Assembly (NCBI GenBank): GCA_964016885.1
Contig: OZ024740.1
Span: forward strand, 266,848,001 to 266,912,000
Direction of reading: 5' to 3'
Source: Eledone cirrhosa
Taxonomy: Eukaryota
Length of the DNA stretch: 64,000 nucleotides
The position numbers and the translations under genes are program-made. Positions 14,288-27,043 of this stretch are shown one piece after another (within the stretch, counting starts at the first letter, position 1; each line of letters begins with the position of its first letter). The notes under the pieces are model-generated. The model did not search any database. It saw only the letters and a list, made by a program, of their open reading frames with translations, and had not been told where the DNA came from.

Positions 14288-14419
14288 AGTCGTGAAGGTA
14301 CAGCAGTAACTGAAATACATGGACTTTCTTGCCGAAGATTACTTATTTAAATCATTTGGAATAAGTACCCTTAGGCACGAAAGTCCATGTATTTGAATCA
14401 CTGCTGTAGTTTCACGACT
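14288..14419. repeat. Imperfect inverted repeat (hairpin)
   Basis: agtcgtgaaggtacagcagtaactgaaatacatggactttc pairs with gaaagtccatgtatttgaatcactgctgtagtttcacgact. Confidence 0.75.
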
Positions 14420-14424
14420 CAAAT

Positions 14425-15200
14425 AATTCTTTCTAGCATTAGCACAAAGCCAGCAATTTGGAGGAACGGAAAAGTCGATTATGTCGACCACAGAACTTAA
14501 GCACTACTATACCTTATTGACTGCGAAATGATGAAGATTAAAGTTGACCTCAGCGGGTTTTGATCTCAGAACACTATAAGCAATAATAGTGATTTCTATT
14601 TTGAGCTCAAGACCAGCTTTTTAAGGGGAAGGGGATGTCGATTGTATTGACCCCTGTACTTAACTGGTACTTTATTTTATCGACCCCGGAAGGATGAAAG
14701 GCAAAGTTGACTTCAACGAGATTTGGACTCAGAATGTAAATGATGATAATTTCTTTATTATGCCCAAAGTAATAATTGTTTCTACTTTTGGCACAAGGCC
14801 AGCAATTACCCAGTGTATTACTGGTACTTTTTTTATCGACCCCGTAAGGATGAAAGGCAAAGTTAACCTCGGCGGGATTTGAACTCAGATCATAAAGGGA
14901 GGTAATTCTATGCTTCAAAGCATGGCGTCCGACCCTCTAGTAATAATTGTTTCTACTTTAGGCACAAGGCCAGCAATTACCCAGTACATTACAGGTACTT
15001 TATTTTATCGACCTCGTAAGGATGAAAGGCAAAGTTAACCTCGGCGGGATTTGAACTCAGACCGTAAAGGGACGTAACTATGCTGGAAAGCATGGCGTCC
15101 GACTCTCTACCGATACTGCCAATCCCCCGACCCTCTAGTAATAATGGTTTCTGATTTCGGCACATGTTGTCCGACGCTCTACCGATACTGCTAATCCACT
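14425..15200 (-). mobile_element. Tandem cluster of major SINE copies
   Basis: Four to five consecutive ttgtttctact...gaccccgtaaggatgaaaggcaaagttaacctcggcgggatttgaactcag units. Confidence 0.85.
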
Positions 15201-16382
15201 GCCTTCAGCCCAAAGTAATATTAATGATTTCTTTATGAAAATGTTTTATGGTAACGTGTCAAAATGAGAAAAAATTAAAACAAACGAAACGAAAGTGTAA
15301 CAATAAAATTCCTTAAAAGAAAATGGCGAGATTTTTTTATGAATTTTTTTTGTTCGAATTTTATTATCATTTTGAATATTATTCTGTTCTTGTTAATATA
15401 TATGTTTGTGTGTATATATGTATACATAAACACGGCTATGTTCTATTCTTATCTTTATTAGTCATTTTATTCAGCGGATTGACAGTATCGGACAATATGC
15501 TTTGCGGCATAGAGTTACGGCCCTTTACGTTCCGAGTTCAAATCCCGTCGAGGTTAACTTTACCTTTCATCCTTACGGGATTGATAAAATAAAGCACCAC
15601 TAATGCACTGGGCAATTGCTGGCCTTGTGTCAAAAGTAGAAACAATTATTTCAATTAAATTGTAGGGAATTCTGTAGTATATGAATGAGTTGTTTTCCTA
15701 TCTAGTTTTGGTTTTGTGCTGACTGGTTTGATACATTGATATTACTCCTTGTTGCTAGTACATGGTGAGTCGACGAAACATGTATGGCTAAAATAACAGA
15801 TGGAGTCATGAAGTTTGCAACTTTCACATTTGCAATCGAATTCATAATACTTCGTACTTAGTAGCTTGTTCAGGTGTTTATATATTCGTTGTTAGTTATT
15901 AATTGATTAATAAATAGGATGTTTTAATATTTCTGTAGTTTATATTAATATTATTTCATGTTGGCAGTATCGGTAGAGGGTCGGACGCCATGCTTTCCAG
16001 TATAGTTACGTCCCTTTACGGTCTGAGTTCAAATCTCGCCGAAGTTAAATTTGCTTTTCATCCTTACGGGGTCGATAACATAAAGTACCAATAATGCACT
16101 TGTGCCAAAAGTAGAAACAATTATTTTATGTTAACAGAGTAAAATTAACACTAATCAACAAGAGGTATTTTAATAAACTAATAGACCAAATCATTGAGTA
16201 GTTCAAAATACAAATATATTTGAACAAAGACATCAAACACCACACCTATAAAAATAAACGAATCACACATAAAGTTTAATAATGAACAAGAATGCATACA
16301 AACTATATAATAAACTTCAACAAATAAAAGACAAAATGCATTACACGAAACTAAATACTAACAATAATTTATTACAAAAACG

Positions 16383-16566
16383 CGGTGGATTGGCAGTATC
16401 GGTAGAGGGTCGGACGCCATGCTTTCCAGCATACTTACGTCCCTTTACGATCTGAGTTCAAATCCCGCCGAGGTTGACTTTGCCTTTCATCCTTACGGGG
16501 TCGATAAAATAAAGTACCAGTAATGAACTGGGTTATTGCTGGCCTTGTGCCTAAAGTAGAAACAAA
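16383..16566 (+). mobile_element. Young full-length major SINE with target-site duplication
   Basis: Head gcggtggattggcagtatcggtaga (A box) and gagttcaaatcc (B box). Flanked by the duplication ataatttattacaaaaa. Confidence 0.9.
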
Positions 16567-16829
16567 TAATTTATTACAAAAAGCTAACAGCAAAAATACT
16601 ACAAAGATTCAGCAAAAATCGCATCCATTAGGCCATGTTGAAAATAAGATTATGAAGACCTAGAAATGTGGATTGAGTATTTTGGAACATACGTTTCCAA
16701 ACAAACTCCAAGGAATCAGATAAAAATAGGAAAAATATCTAGATAAAAATTGGTAAAATTAAAACGGTCATGAATTCACCTCGGGAATAAAAACTGTTCC
16801 TTATCTCTCTCTATATGTATATGTATATA

Positions 16830-17320
16830 TAATAATTGTTTCTACTTTAAGCACAAGGCCAGCAATTTTGGGGGAGGGGAAAGTCGATTAAATCGACCCC
16901 AGTGCATTACTGGTGCTTTATTTTATCGACCCCGTAAGGATGAAAGGAAAAGCTAACCCCGGCGGCATTTTAACTCAGATCGTAAAGGGGCGTAACCCTA
17001 AACCATAAAATATTGTCCGATGTTCTACCGATACTGCCAATCTACCGTCCTAAAATACATAGTGTCCAGCGCTCTACTGATACTGCCAATTCACCAGAGT
17101 GTATATATAATAAGGATTTCTACTATAGGCACAAGGCCAGTAATTTGGGGGAAGGGAAAAATCAATTAAATCGACCCCAGTACGTTACTGGTGCTTTATT
17201 TTTATCGACCCCATAAGGATTAAAGGCAAAGATAACCTCGACAAGATTTGAACTCAGACCATAAAGGGCTGTGACTATATGCCATAAAGCATGTTGTCCG
17301 ATGCTCTACTGATACTGCCA

Positions 17321-17351
<31 letters not shown>

Positions 17352-17550
17352 GTTTCTACTTTAGGCACAAGGCCAGCAATTTTGGGGGAGGGGAAAGTCA
17401 ATTAAACCGACTCCAGTACATTACTGGTGCTTTATTTTATCGACCCCATAAGGTTGATTGACAAAGCTAACCTCGGCGGGATTTGAACTCAGAATCTAAG
17501 GGAGGCAACTCCATGCCACGAAGCATGGTGTCCGACGCTCTACCAATACT
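16830..17550 (-). mobile_element. Three tandem major SINE copies
   Basis: Repeated SINE core in minus orientation. Confidence 0.85.
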
Positions 17551-18029
17551 TAACATATACTGGGTGCCGTTTCAATTTATATGTTCAGCAATCATCAGTC
17601 AAGTTCATGTTTACATATCATTGCTATGATGATAAGTATCGATTTAATACTTTATATACAATGCTTTTTGTGTTATCTTTTTCTCCTGTCCATATTCTAA
17701 GACCTTGAGTCAAAATTAAATCATATTAATTCATTAAGAAATACTTTAGACATGTAATTGTTTGTGTAAATAGGCGTTATTCCGACAAATGTTTTTGTTT
17801 GTGTTGGACAGGCGTTTAATATTTAAATTATGTATGAGTGTCGACTGAAATGTTGCTAGGTGGAAAAGTTTATATGCTGACCAAGATACTCTCATGGAAT
17901 GAACAAATGAGGTTTATTTTATAACATAGTCCCCGGAAAGAAATAATGCAGTTATTAATAAGAAGAGTTAGAATTAATGCATGCAAGATTTCACAGCTCT
18001 AGCATCAGTCCCTCATAGCTGATCCCCAT

Positions 18030-19470
18030 TCCGATTGCCTCAACACTCTTGTCAATCTGGTAGGGAGCTCCTGGAGTTTTGCTTCACTGCTTTCTAAGAT
18101 GTCAATATCATCAGTAAAACGTAGGTTGGTAAAAGGCCGTCCTCCAATGAAAATGAAGATGTGAACGTTATGGAGTGTCTCCTGTATGGTGTTTTTCAGG
18201 AAGATGTCCAAACACATTGAGGGGAGAAATCCATGCCGTATTCCAAATGCACTGTTTGGGTTTTCGTACAATGCTTGGATTAATTGGACGAAATTTTTGT
18301 CGAAGTTGTAATCCTTCATCACCTGCCACAGACAAACCCTCGTGCTAAACATGGTGAAAGGCGTTTTTGAAATCGATGAAATTTTAATAGAAGACAGTTT
18401 AGTGCTGCACATGTTTCACGGGTTAAATATCTGCTTCACTGCACTTATTTTTAGCTTGAATCCTATCTGTTATTCTGCGAGGATTTCGCCTGCCTTCGCC
18501 GACCGTCTACTAGGGTCGGCTGAGGAGTTCATAGGCTGACTATGAAGAATTGATGCTAGAGCTGTGAAATTTTGCATGCGTTAATTTCAACTCTTCTTAT
18601 TAATAACAGCACTGTCTCTTTCCAGGGACTATGTTGAAAAATAAACCTCCTTTGGTCATTCCATGAGAGTATCTTGATCAAACTACGAACTTTTCAGCCT
18701 ATGGGATTTTCAGCAGACCATCGCATTTAGCAGAACTCTTAGTAATACATTCCTGGGGTGACTAATTAGACTGATTTTCTGAAATAATGGTAGAGTTTTA
18801 TTTCTTTAGAGTGGACATCATTAAGTAGGTCCTTTACTTTGTCCACTGTTTCATTTCTCATATTTTCTGACAGGCAAAAGCTTGACCCTTCATGTTTTAG
18901 GAGCTCTGATAGCATATTATCTACTTTCAGTGATTTTCCGTTTGTGAGGGTGTACGAGCGTCGGCTGAAAAATTCATTGGTTGACCAAGATACTCTCATG
19001 GAATGACCAAATGAGGTTTATTTTCCATCATTATTAATATGACGAGCTGAAATTAATGCGTGCAAGATTTCACAGCTCTAGCATCAATCCTTCACAGTAG
19101 GCCTATGAACTTTTCAGCCGACATTTGTACACTTCGATTTCCTCTTGGAGAGGTGGAGTATCCCCAAGTTCTCTATTCTTGTTGGTGGAATTATACAGGA
19201 TTTTAGTTTCATGACTGGGTTTGTGGTCATAAATGTTTCTCAATACTGAGGCCATATTTTGATGACAGCAGTCTCGTCTGTAACGAACGAGGCTGTTTTA
19301 TCTTCAACGATGGTTGTAATGTGTTGTTTCGTTTATGTTAACATTTTAAGGATTCCGTAAGCAACATTATTGTTATCCCCACCTTATTTTTTATCCCAGT
19401 TTCAATGTTTTTACACTAGTCCCATCTTTTTGGCTTCCAACATTTGTTCCTGACCTTATTTACCCCCCCC
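18030..19470 (-). mobile_element. Degenerate RTE-clade LINE RT fragment interrupted by two mariner MITEs (18508-18725, 18953-19129)
   Basis: Minus frames give LTNGKSLKVDNMLSELLKHEG (cf. RTE LKNGKSPGxD) and NLRFTDDIDIL...LQEL (YADD-box region). Confidence 0.75.
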
Positions 19471-19697
19471 CCCCATATATATATATAAATATAAGTATGT
19501 ATACGTACATACATATATGTATACAGACGTACAGTAGTATGTATATACATACATACATGCACACATATACATATGTACGTATGGGTTTACCGAACATTTA
19601 TTATAATGTTCGGTTTGTTAGTAAACAAACAGCCCGAATTAAGCCGTACAGTGTTCGGCAACCATCGTTGCCCTTTTGTTCAACACTGACAAAGGAA

Positions 19698-19738
19698 CGA
19701 TGAACTAGTTTCTAGCTTATTAGCTGTCATCAGCACCG
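19698..19738 (-). ncRNA. Minimal type-I hammerhead ribozyme motif in a PLE pLTR-like repeat
   Basis: Minus strand: cggtg CTGATGA c AGCT aata AGCT a GAAAC TA GTT catcg. Stem I cggtg/catcg, palindromic stem III ACTAGT. Confidence 0.75.
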
Positions 19739-19780
19739 TATACCTTCCTGTCGATCGATTGAATGTTTGAAAGTATATAC

Positions 19781-19932
<152 letters not shown>

Positions 19933-19994
19933 AAATTGGAAATAGCACGGAAAATATATTTAAGGGTCTGTTTTTCTTTTTGCTCTTTTCTTTG

Positions 19995-20170
19995 ATATTC
20001 GCCAAAGTAACATTATTGAAAAAATAAGAGGGACAATTCTTTTAAAAAAGAGTTTTATAATGTATATAAAAGTTATATACTATATATTATATACTCTACA
20101 TACATTGTAAAACTCTTTTTTAAAAGAATTCTTCCTCTCATTTTTTCAATAATGTTACTTTGACGAATAT
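19995..20170. repeat. Inverted repeat (~75-bp arms)
   Basis: atattcgccaaagtaacattattgaaaaaa...agagttttataatgta pairs with tacattgtaaaactct...tttttcaataatgttactttgacgaatat. Confidence 0.8.
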
Positions 20171-20377
20171 GTACGTCAATACTCATCTTTTTCCATTTCT
20201 CCGAGGGTTCTTAACCCCACTATCAGGCTAAATAATTTCTTTAATTTCTTTAGTCAAAATACGGCGATAGCTTACATTTATAATAATTTCAAACCCGCTC
20301 GCTGTTTCGAAAATATTCTTACATGACATTACAGTCGCTAAGTTTATAGCTTCTAATTTAAATGGAAAAAGACGGGT

Positions 20378-20449
20378 GATGTGTTGGTGTAAATGGTAGC
20401 ACAGTGGTCTGGATAACCAAAGATGTGGGTTCGACTCCCATGTACGTCA
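20378..20449 (+). tRNA. tRNA-like cloverleaf (probable tRNA pseudogene or SINE head, loop ctGGAta)
   Basis: D arm gtgt/gcac, anticodon arm tggt/acca, T arm gtggg-ttcgact-cccat, wobble-rich acceptor gatgtgt/gtacgtc. A and B boxes present. Confidence 0.55.
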
Positions 20450-20761
20450 TTACTCATCTTTCTCCATTTCTACGAGGGTTCTTAACCCCACTATCAGGCT
20501 AAATAATTTCTTTAATTTCTTTAGTCAAAATACGGCGATAGCTTACATTTATAATAATATATATGTATATATAAACTAGAACAGTCACTCGCAATCGCAG
20601 ATGGTTTTGCAGTAGGTGCTATACTTTTGCCAAGGGTTTTAGGTGCCCATGCAGTCACGGGTAGACACAGACGCCAACTCGACCCTTTCTTCCCTAGACC
20701 AGAGGGATATCAAATATTCAACGATCTGACGCTCACCCTCACTTTCTCTTTCTCACCCCCC

Positions 20762-20818
<57 letters not shown>

Positions 20819-20922
20819 ATCCGAAACTATAATAATCCCCAGAAGACAGCTGATAGGCGGGAATTATTCATGCGCTTGTCTCTTGCGAGTTTTCTGTTTC
20901 CTGTATTTGTCCCTCGCGTTAT

Positions 20923-21077
<155 letters not shown>

Positions 21078-21929
21078 TTCCCCCTCGTTATCGAGTATGG
21101 CCATTGCACAATATACCATTATTAATAATTATTAAATAATTCTATCGTGCAATGCCTGTGCGTGAAGGTATTTTTTAAAGTGAGGAAAGACTGTGCACTG
21201 AGCCAATCCCACTCTCTGAGCGACAGTAGCTATAACCCGAAAAGAAGAAAAGATCAACATCATCTGTAACTACTGAGCCGCAGGTTTTATATCGGAGTTA
21301 TTCCAGTTCCTGAGTCGCCTTCTCCTAGAAGAATGCCCTGACAAAGGCTAGGGGTCCTTCACTCCCAGTGGTTTAACTGCACGATCGGGTGTCCAGCCCG
21401 ACTATTTCTATGTCCCCGCGCATATACATACACATGCACCCATGTATATACACATATACATATACATACATATGTACATGTGTATATACATATTTACTCA
21501 CTTTTGGATGGCCGTTGACCCTTATGTGTTCTTCTGCCCTTTGCCACGTTTTGTTTTTTGTCCTGCAGGGTGTCCAAAATCACCCTCCTCACCAAGTAAA
21601 CTTGGTGGAGCTGCCGGTTTCATCGCCGACGACCCGACCATGCGACAGGTTGTACTGAGCTACATGTTACCAATAGCACTCATACATACATACATACATA
21701 CATACATACATACATACATACATACATACATACTTACATACATACATGGTGGTGGCTGCCAACTCGTTTTCGAGTACGGCCACTACTTTATATCCATGTA
21801 GGAGAACCCCTACCGATGCACTGAACGAGTGTGACTTTTTAGTCCAGCCAGCGACTTGAAAACTCTGGTACAAACACTACACTTGTGACAATTATTGACA
21901 CATAGTGCTGGGCCCACATACATACATAC

Positions 21930-22535
21930 ATGGTAGCTGCAAACTCGTTTTCGAGTACGGCCACTACTTTATATCCATGTAGGAGAACCCTACTGATGCG
22001 CTAAACGAGTGTGACTTTTTAGTCCAGCCAGCGACTTGAAAACTCTGGTACAAACACTACACCTGTGACAATTATTGAGACATAGTGCTAGGACCATGGT
22101 ACCATGTGACGACAAGTGCAGAGAGATCTCCAGATATAAAGCAATGCCTGTGCCGTGAAGCTTTTATAGTGAGCAAAGGCACAGCACAAAGCCTGTCCCA
22201 CTCTCTTAACCAAGATGATATTTACCAAAAAGAAGAACAAGTCAACATCATTGGATACCATCAGGGTTGCAGGTGTTATATCAGAGTTTTCCTTCTAGAA
22301 TTCTGCCTTGACAAAGGCTAACGGGTCATCTCTACCGGTGATTTTGGATGACCATTGACTCTTAAAAGCTCCTTTGCCCTTTGACAGGTTTTGTTTTTAG
22401 TCCTGCAGGATGTCCAAAGTCAATCTCCTCACCAAGAAACCTTGGTGGGGTTGCCAGTTTAGTCGCCAACGACCCGACCATGAGACAGGTTGTACTGGGA
22501 TACATGTTACCAGTAGCACAAGCTGGTGACCTGAC
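21930..22535 (-). mobile_element. Non-autonomous bipartite RTE-derived retroelement (~600 bp), full copy; partial copies at 21502-21682 and 21746-21915
   Basis: Near-identical to 26201-26774 and 54044-54657. 3' part encodes RTE C-terminal-like RVFKSLAGLKSHTR. Flanked by (TACA)n. Confidence 0.75.
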
Positions 22536-22633
22536 ATGCGTACATACATACATACATACATACATACATACATACATACATACATACATACATACATACA
22601 TACATACATACCTACAAGCCTACATACACAGAC

Positions 22634-22700
<67 letters not shown>

Positions 22701-22720
22701 TATATATATATATGTATGTA

Positions 22721-22787
<67 letters not shown>

Positions 22788-23003
22788 GAGAGAGATATAG
22801 AGAGAGGAAGCAAAAGAAAAGGAGGGAGTGAGAAAGAAGCAAAAATAATACACGGCTATGTTCATTTATATGTAACATTTGAATTTCATGTTACGCCGTA
22901 CCTATTCTTACCAACAGTTTTCAGCCAACATGACAGTATCGGAAATGCGTGGGTGTATGTTCTCTCGCGAAACATTAAAAGTATAATCTAATTTTAATGT
23001 TGA

Positions 23004-23784
23004 CTAGCAGTAAAGCCCGGCGTTGCTCGGGGTCGCTCAGTAGCTGTGTTAAAGTTACAATGTTAAGTTTCTTTTTTGGCTTAAAAACTGTAATGTCTAC
23101 TGTGCAGACTTGCATGTGGTGTTTTTGATTAATATTCCCTCAACCAACAATATGCCTTATGAAGTTAAGAAAACATAACGATAACCCGAATGTTATAACA
23201 AAAGAGGATGCTGGGGATAAAAACTGCACTGGTTATTTATTAACAAAGATCGAAAATGTAAACACTGCAACGCAGAGAAAAACATTAGCGTAACCAAATT
23301 ATCAGTTATGTCTCTCTGCACGCCTATATCACCTCTCTGCACGACTGTCTGTCTGCACGCCTGAAATATTTGCTTGTTTTACGTAGTCTTTAAATAGACT
23401 TGTTTTCAAGTAAAAATATTGTTTTAAAATGCTTTTAAATGGAAATGAAGCAAAACGGAAGCTTAGTGTTCGAACTGATGAATTTTGCAGGTCAATATTT
23501 TGCTGGCTCGACAACTGAGAAAGCCAGCGTAATTTTTTACGTAAGACGCTCAATGTAAACAGAACAAAGGGAAATAACTGATAACTTACGCTCAAAAATC
23601 GATACATTATATTCGATTTCGTCACATAGGGTGGGTCAATTTGAAATATGTTTTTTCCGATGTCTTCGCTAGGGCTCAATGTACAAGTATAGCAATTTCG
23701 GTGCAATTCCGTGAGAGATTCTAAGAGGAGATGTGTGCCAAAAATCGATAGACAGACAGACAACCACAGTTTTATATATATAGA
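23004..23784 (-). mobile_element. Non-autonomous Helitron
   Basis: Minus strand starts TCTATATATATAAAAC..(GTCT)n and ends cccgagcaacgccggg hairpin...CTAG. Inserted between A and T with no TSD. Confidence 0.85.
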
Positions 23785-23980
23785 TTGTCTTGGTTTGGCT
23801 ATACACAAAGTGTGCGTATGTAATTACTATATGTGAGTAAATGTGTCGATGTGTTTGTGTGTGTGAATATGCATGTTTGTGTGTATGCACTCAAGTGATC
23901 GTTAGCTGATATGCAGACCATAGAGAAATATAAGAAAGGATGCGGGTATGTATAGTTGAGAAATGCTTCATACTCTAAAC

Positions 23981-24285
23981 CAGGGGTGTGCAATATCCAG
24001 TTTTGAACATTGGAACAACTATTAGGGCCATTAATATTTATTAAGCAGTATTCCAAAGATTCATCTCAACTTCTTTCCATAACATGGGACTGGGAAAATA
24101 TAACACATATAACCCTATCAGTGAAGCCCTTTAGTAAAAGTCAACTAACAGAAAATTGTATTACGGTTACCAAAAAAATTCTAAATAAGCCTACAAGGTG
24201 AAAATTAAAAACGGTCATCGCGGGCCACTCTGACTGGTCTGGCGGGCCGGATTGTGGCCCGGGGGCCGCCTGTTGCACACTCATG
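23981..24285. mobile_element. hAT-type MITE
   Basis: TIR caggggtgtgcaa / ttgcacactcatg, 8-bp TSD ctctaaac/ctctaaaa, subterminal cgggccg/ggccc motifs. Confidence 0.8.
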
Positions 24286-24597
24286 CTCTAAAACCTTAAT
24301 TAAGCCGTAATCTATCTAAATGTAAGATCAGATGTCTTCTCTAAAAGATGCCACTCCCTCGAGTACTTTCTGAAGCGAAGGAAAATCTGATTGAATGGAT
24401 CAATACTTAGCTATTTACCTGGAATAAAAGCATACTTTATATAAATCCATTCCTTGACATTTTAAATTCTTTATCCATGTTAATTTCCTTACAGTAAATT
24501 TGATCAATAATTAAATAATTTACCGTGAACAACCATCCTATCGATTTGTTTCTGTCTTCACTGTCACAAATACACACTCGTGATTCAAGAGAACTTT

Positions 24598-24942
24598 ATA
24601 ATTGTTTCTACGTTAGGCACAAGGCCAGCAATTACCCAGTGCATTACTGGTACTTTATTTTATCGACCCCGTAAGGATGAAAGGAAAAGTTAACCTTGGC
24701 GGGATTTGAACTCAGAATGGCAAGGGCCGTAACTCTATTCGTAACTTTATAATTGTTTCTACTTTAGGGCCAAGGTCAGCAATTCCCCAGTACATTACTG
24801 GTACTTTATTTTATCGACCCCGTAAGGATGAAAGGCAAAGTTAACCTCGGCGGGATTTGAACTCAGACTGTAAAGGGACGTAACTATGCTAGAAATCATG
24901 GCGTCCAACCCTCTACTGATACTGCCAATTCACCGCCCTTTG
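24598..24942 (-). mobile_element. Two major SINE copies; second has TSD cgtaactttataat
   Basis: SINE core occurs twice. Duplication flanks the second copy. Confidence 0.85.
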
Positions 24943-25226
24943 CGTAACTTTATAATATTATCTTTTCAGTACCGTATTTCCCGGCGTTGAAGACGCTACA
25001 TTTTTCCTAAAATAAGTATAAAAAATCTACCATGCGTCCTGGAAACCGAAGGTTGTTTCTGGATAATTGCTGGCCTTGTGCCTAAAGTAGAAACAATTAT
25101 TAGGAGAGTGGATGAGGGGTGAGTAACTATAGTGAGCAGGACGGGAGTTGGATGTAGACATGAATATAAAGGGTGTCAACCAATCAGTACTTTCGATACA
25201 AGATTTAAATATTTCTGAACTATGAC

Positions 25227-25325
25227 TAAATAGTTAGTCTTGTTACTCTGGAATTTCGCCTGCTTCTTGTTTCATGTCATTGTGAGAAGCAGGCAAAAAT
25301 CCAGAGTAACAAGACTCACTATTTA
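25227..25325. repeat. Hairpin, family C (related copy at 62685-62755)
   Basis: taaatagttagtcttgttactctgga...tccagagtaacaagactcactattta. Confidence 0.75.
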
Positions 25326-25349
25326 AGCTTAATAAAATGAATATATATA

Positions 25350-25460
<111 letters not shown>

Positions 25461-25461
25461 T

Positions 25462-25694
25462 TATTTATTAAAATAACAGATTAAAGTTTAAGCAAAGAAT
25501 CGCTGCTTTCACCCTTAACGGGATCTTCTGAGAGTTTCAGAAGATCCCGTTAAGGGTGAAAGCAGCGATTCTTTGCTTAAACTTTAATCTGTTATTTTAA
25601 TAAATATTTGCTCTACGGTTCTTATATATTTGATATATATTTATCCTTATAGAGCCCTCTTTGGATTTTAGTCTTCAAATTTATTATTATTACC
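25462..25694 (+). mobile_element. Fold-back element family A, second copy
   Basis: Palindrome 25462-25606 with the same arms and tail as 3867-4080 but a longer apex. Confidence 0.85.
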
Positions 25695-25711
25695 ATATAT
25701 ATATATATATA

Positions 25712-25902
25712 GGAAAAAGTATGACCCCGACAGCAGAACTCAAGCCGTTTCGACGGCTATTTCTGGACCAAGAAATAGCAGTCGAAATGGCTTGAACTCT
25801 GCCGTCGGGGTCATACTTTTTCCCATTTCCCACTCTACTACCTTAAGTATTGAGTACTCTGGTGCGTTATGGTCCATCTGGTTCCTTTCCACAATTCCTT
25901 CG

Positions 25903-25904
<2 letters not shown>
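25712..25904 (+). mobile_element. Fold-back element family B (hairpin 25712-25823 plus tail)
   Basis: ggaaaaagtatgaccccgac...gtcggggtcatactttttcc, flanked by (TA)n. Confidence 0.8.
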
Positions 25905-25977
<73 letters not shown>

Positions 25978-26125
25978 CACATATACATACACACAGTTCT
26001 GTTCACATGCCAACATAAGAGCAAGAATGAAGTGTTCATTCTACTGACATGGCTATAAAATTGAGGGTTGTTTGCATAATTGCAAACGAATCGAATGTTA
26101 TTATTAATATTCGAAAAACTCAGAT

Positions 26126-26200
<75 letters not shown>

Positions 26201-26203
<3 letters not shown>

Positions 26204-26770
26204 CATGTATCCCAGTACAACCTGTCTCATGGTCGGGTCATTGGCGACTAAACTGGCAACCCCACCAAGGTTTCTTGGTGAGGAGGGTGACTTTGGACAT
26301 CCTGCAGGACTAAAAGCAAAGCCTGTCAAAGGGCAAAGGAGCTCTTAAGAGTCAATGGCCATCCAAAATCACCGGTAGAGATGACCCCTTAGCCTTTGTC
26401 AAGGCAGAATTCTGGGAGAAGGAAAACTCTGATATAACACCTGCAACCCTGATGGTATCCAATGATGTTGACTTTTTGGTAAATATCATCTTAGTTAAGA
26501 GAGTGGGACTGGCTTTGTGCTGTGCCTTTGCTCACTATAAAAGCTTCACGGCACAGGCATTGCTTTATATTTGGAGATCTCTCTGCACTTGTCGTCACAT
26601 GGTACCATGGGCCTGGCACTATGTGTCAATAATTGTCACAAGTGCAGTGTTTGTACCAGAGTTTTCAAGTCGCTGGCTGGACTAAAACGTCACACTCGTT
26701 CAGCGCATCAGTAGGGATCTCCTACATAGATATGAAGTAGTGGCCGTACTCGAAAACGAGTTGGCAGCCA

Positions 26771-26774
<4 letters not shown>
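26201..26774 (+). mobile_element. Bipartite RTE-derived element copy
   Basis: Matches 54044-54657. (TA)n on both sides. Confidence 0.8.
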
Positions 26775-26841
<67 letters not shown>

Positions 26842-26997
26842 TTTATGTTTTGTGGTTCACCAATGGATAGAACTGGTCATTCCGTTTAGTTAACCATGAT
26901 GTATTAGTAGGAAAAGCACTCTACATTACACAACTCATCCATCGTCATTTTGAATCCAGTGGCTGGTGCAGGAACTATTATTTTAATCAAATTAATA

Positions 26998-27043
<46 letters not shown>

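Noticed and set aside
20378-20449. Functional tRNA-Ser(GGA)
   Set aside because: No long variable arm, weak acceptor stem, a mismatch in the anticodon stem, and embedded in a repeat. Kept only as tRNA-like.
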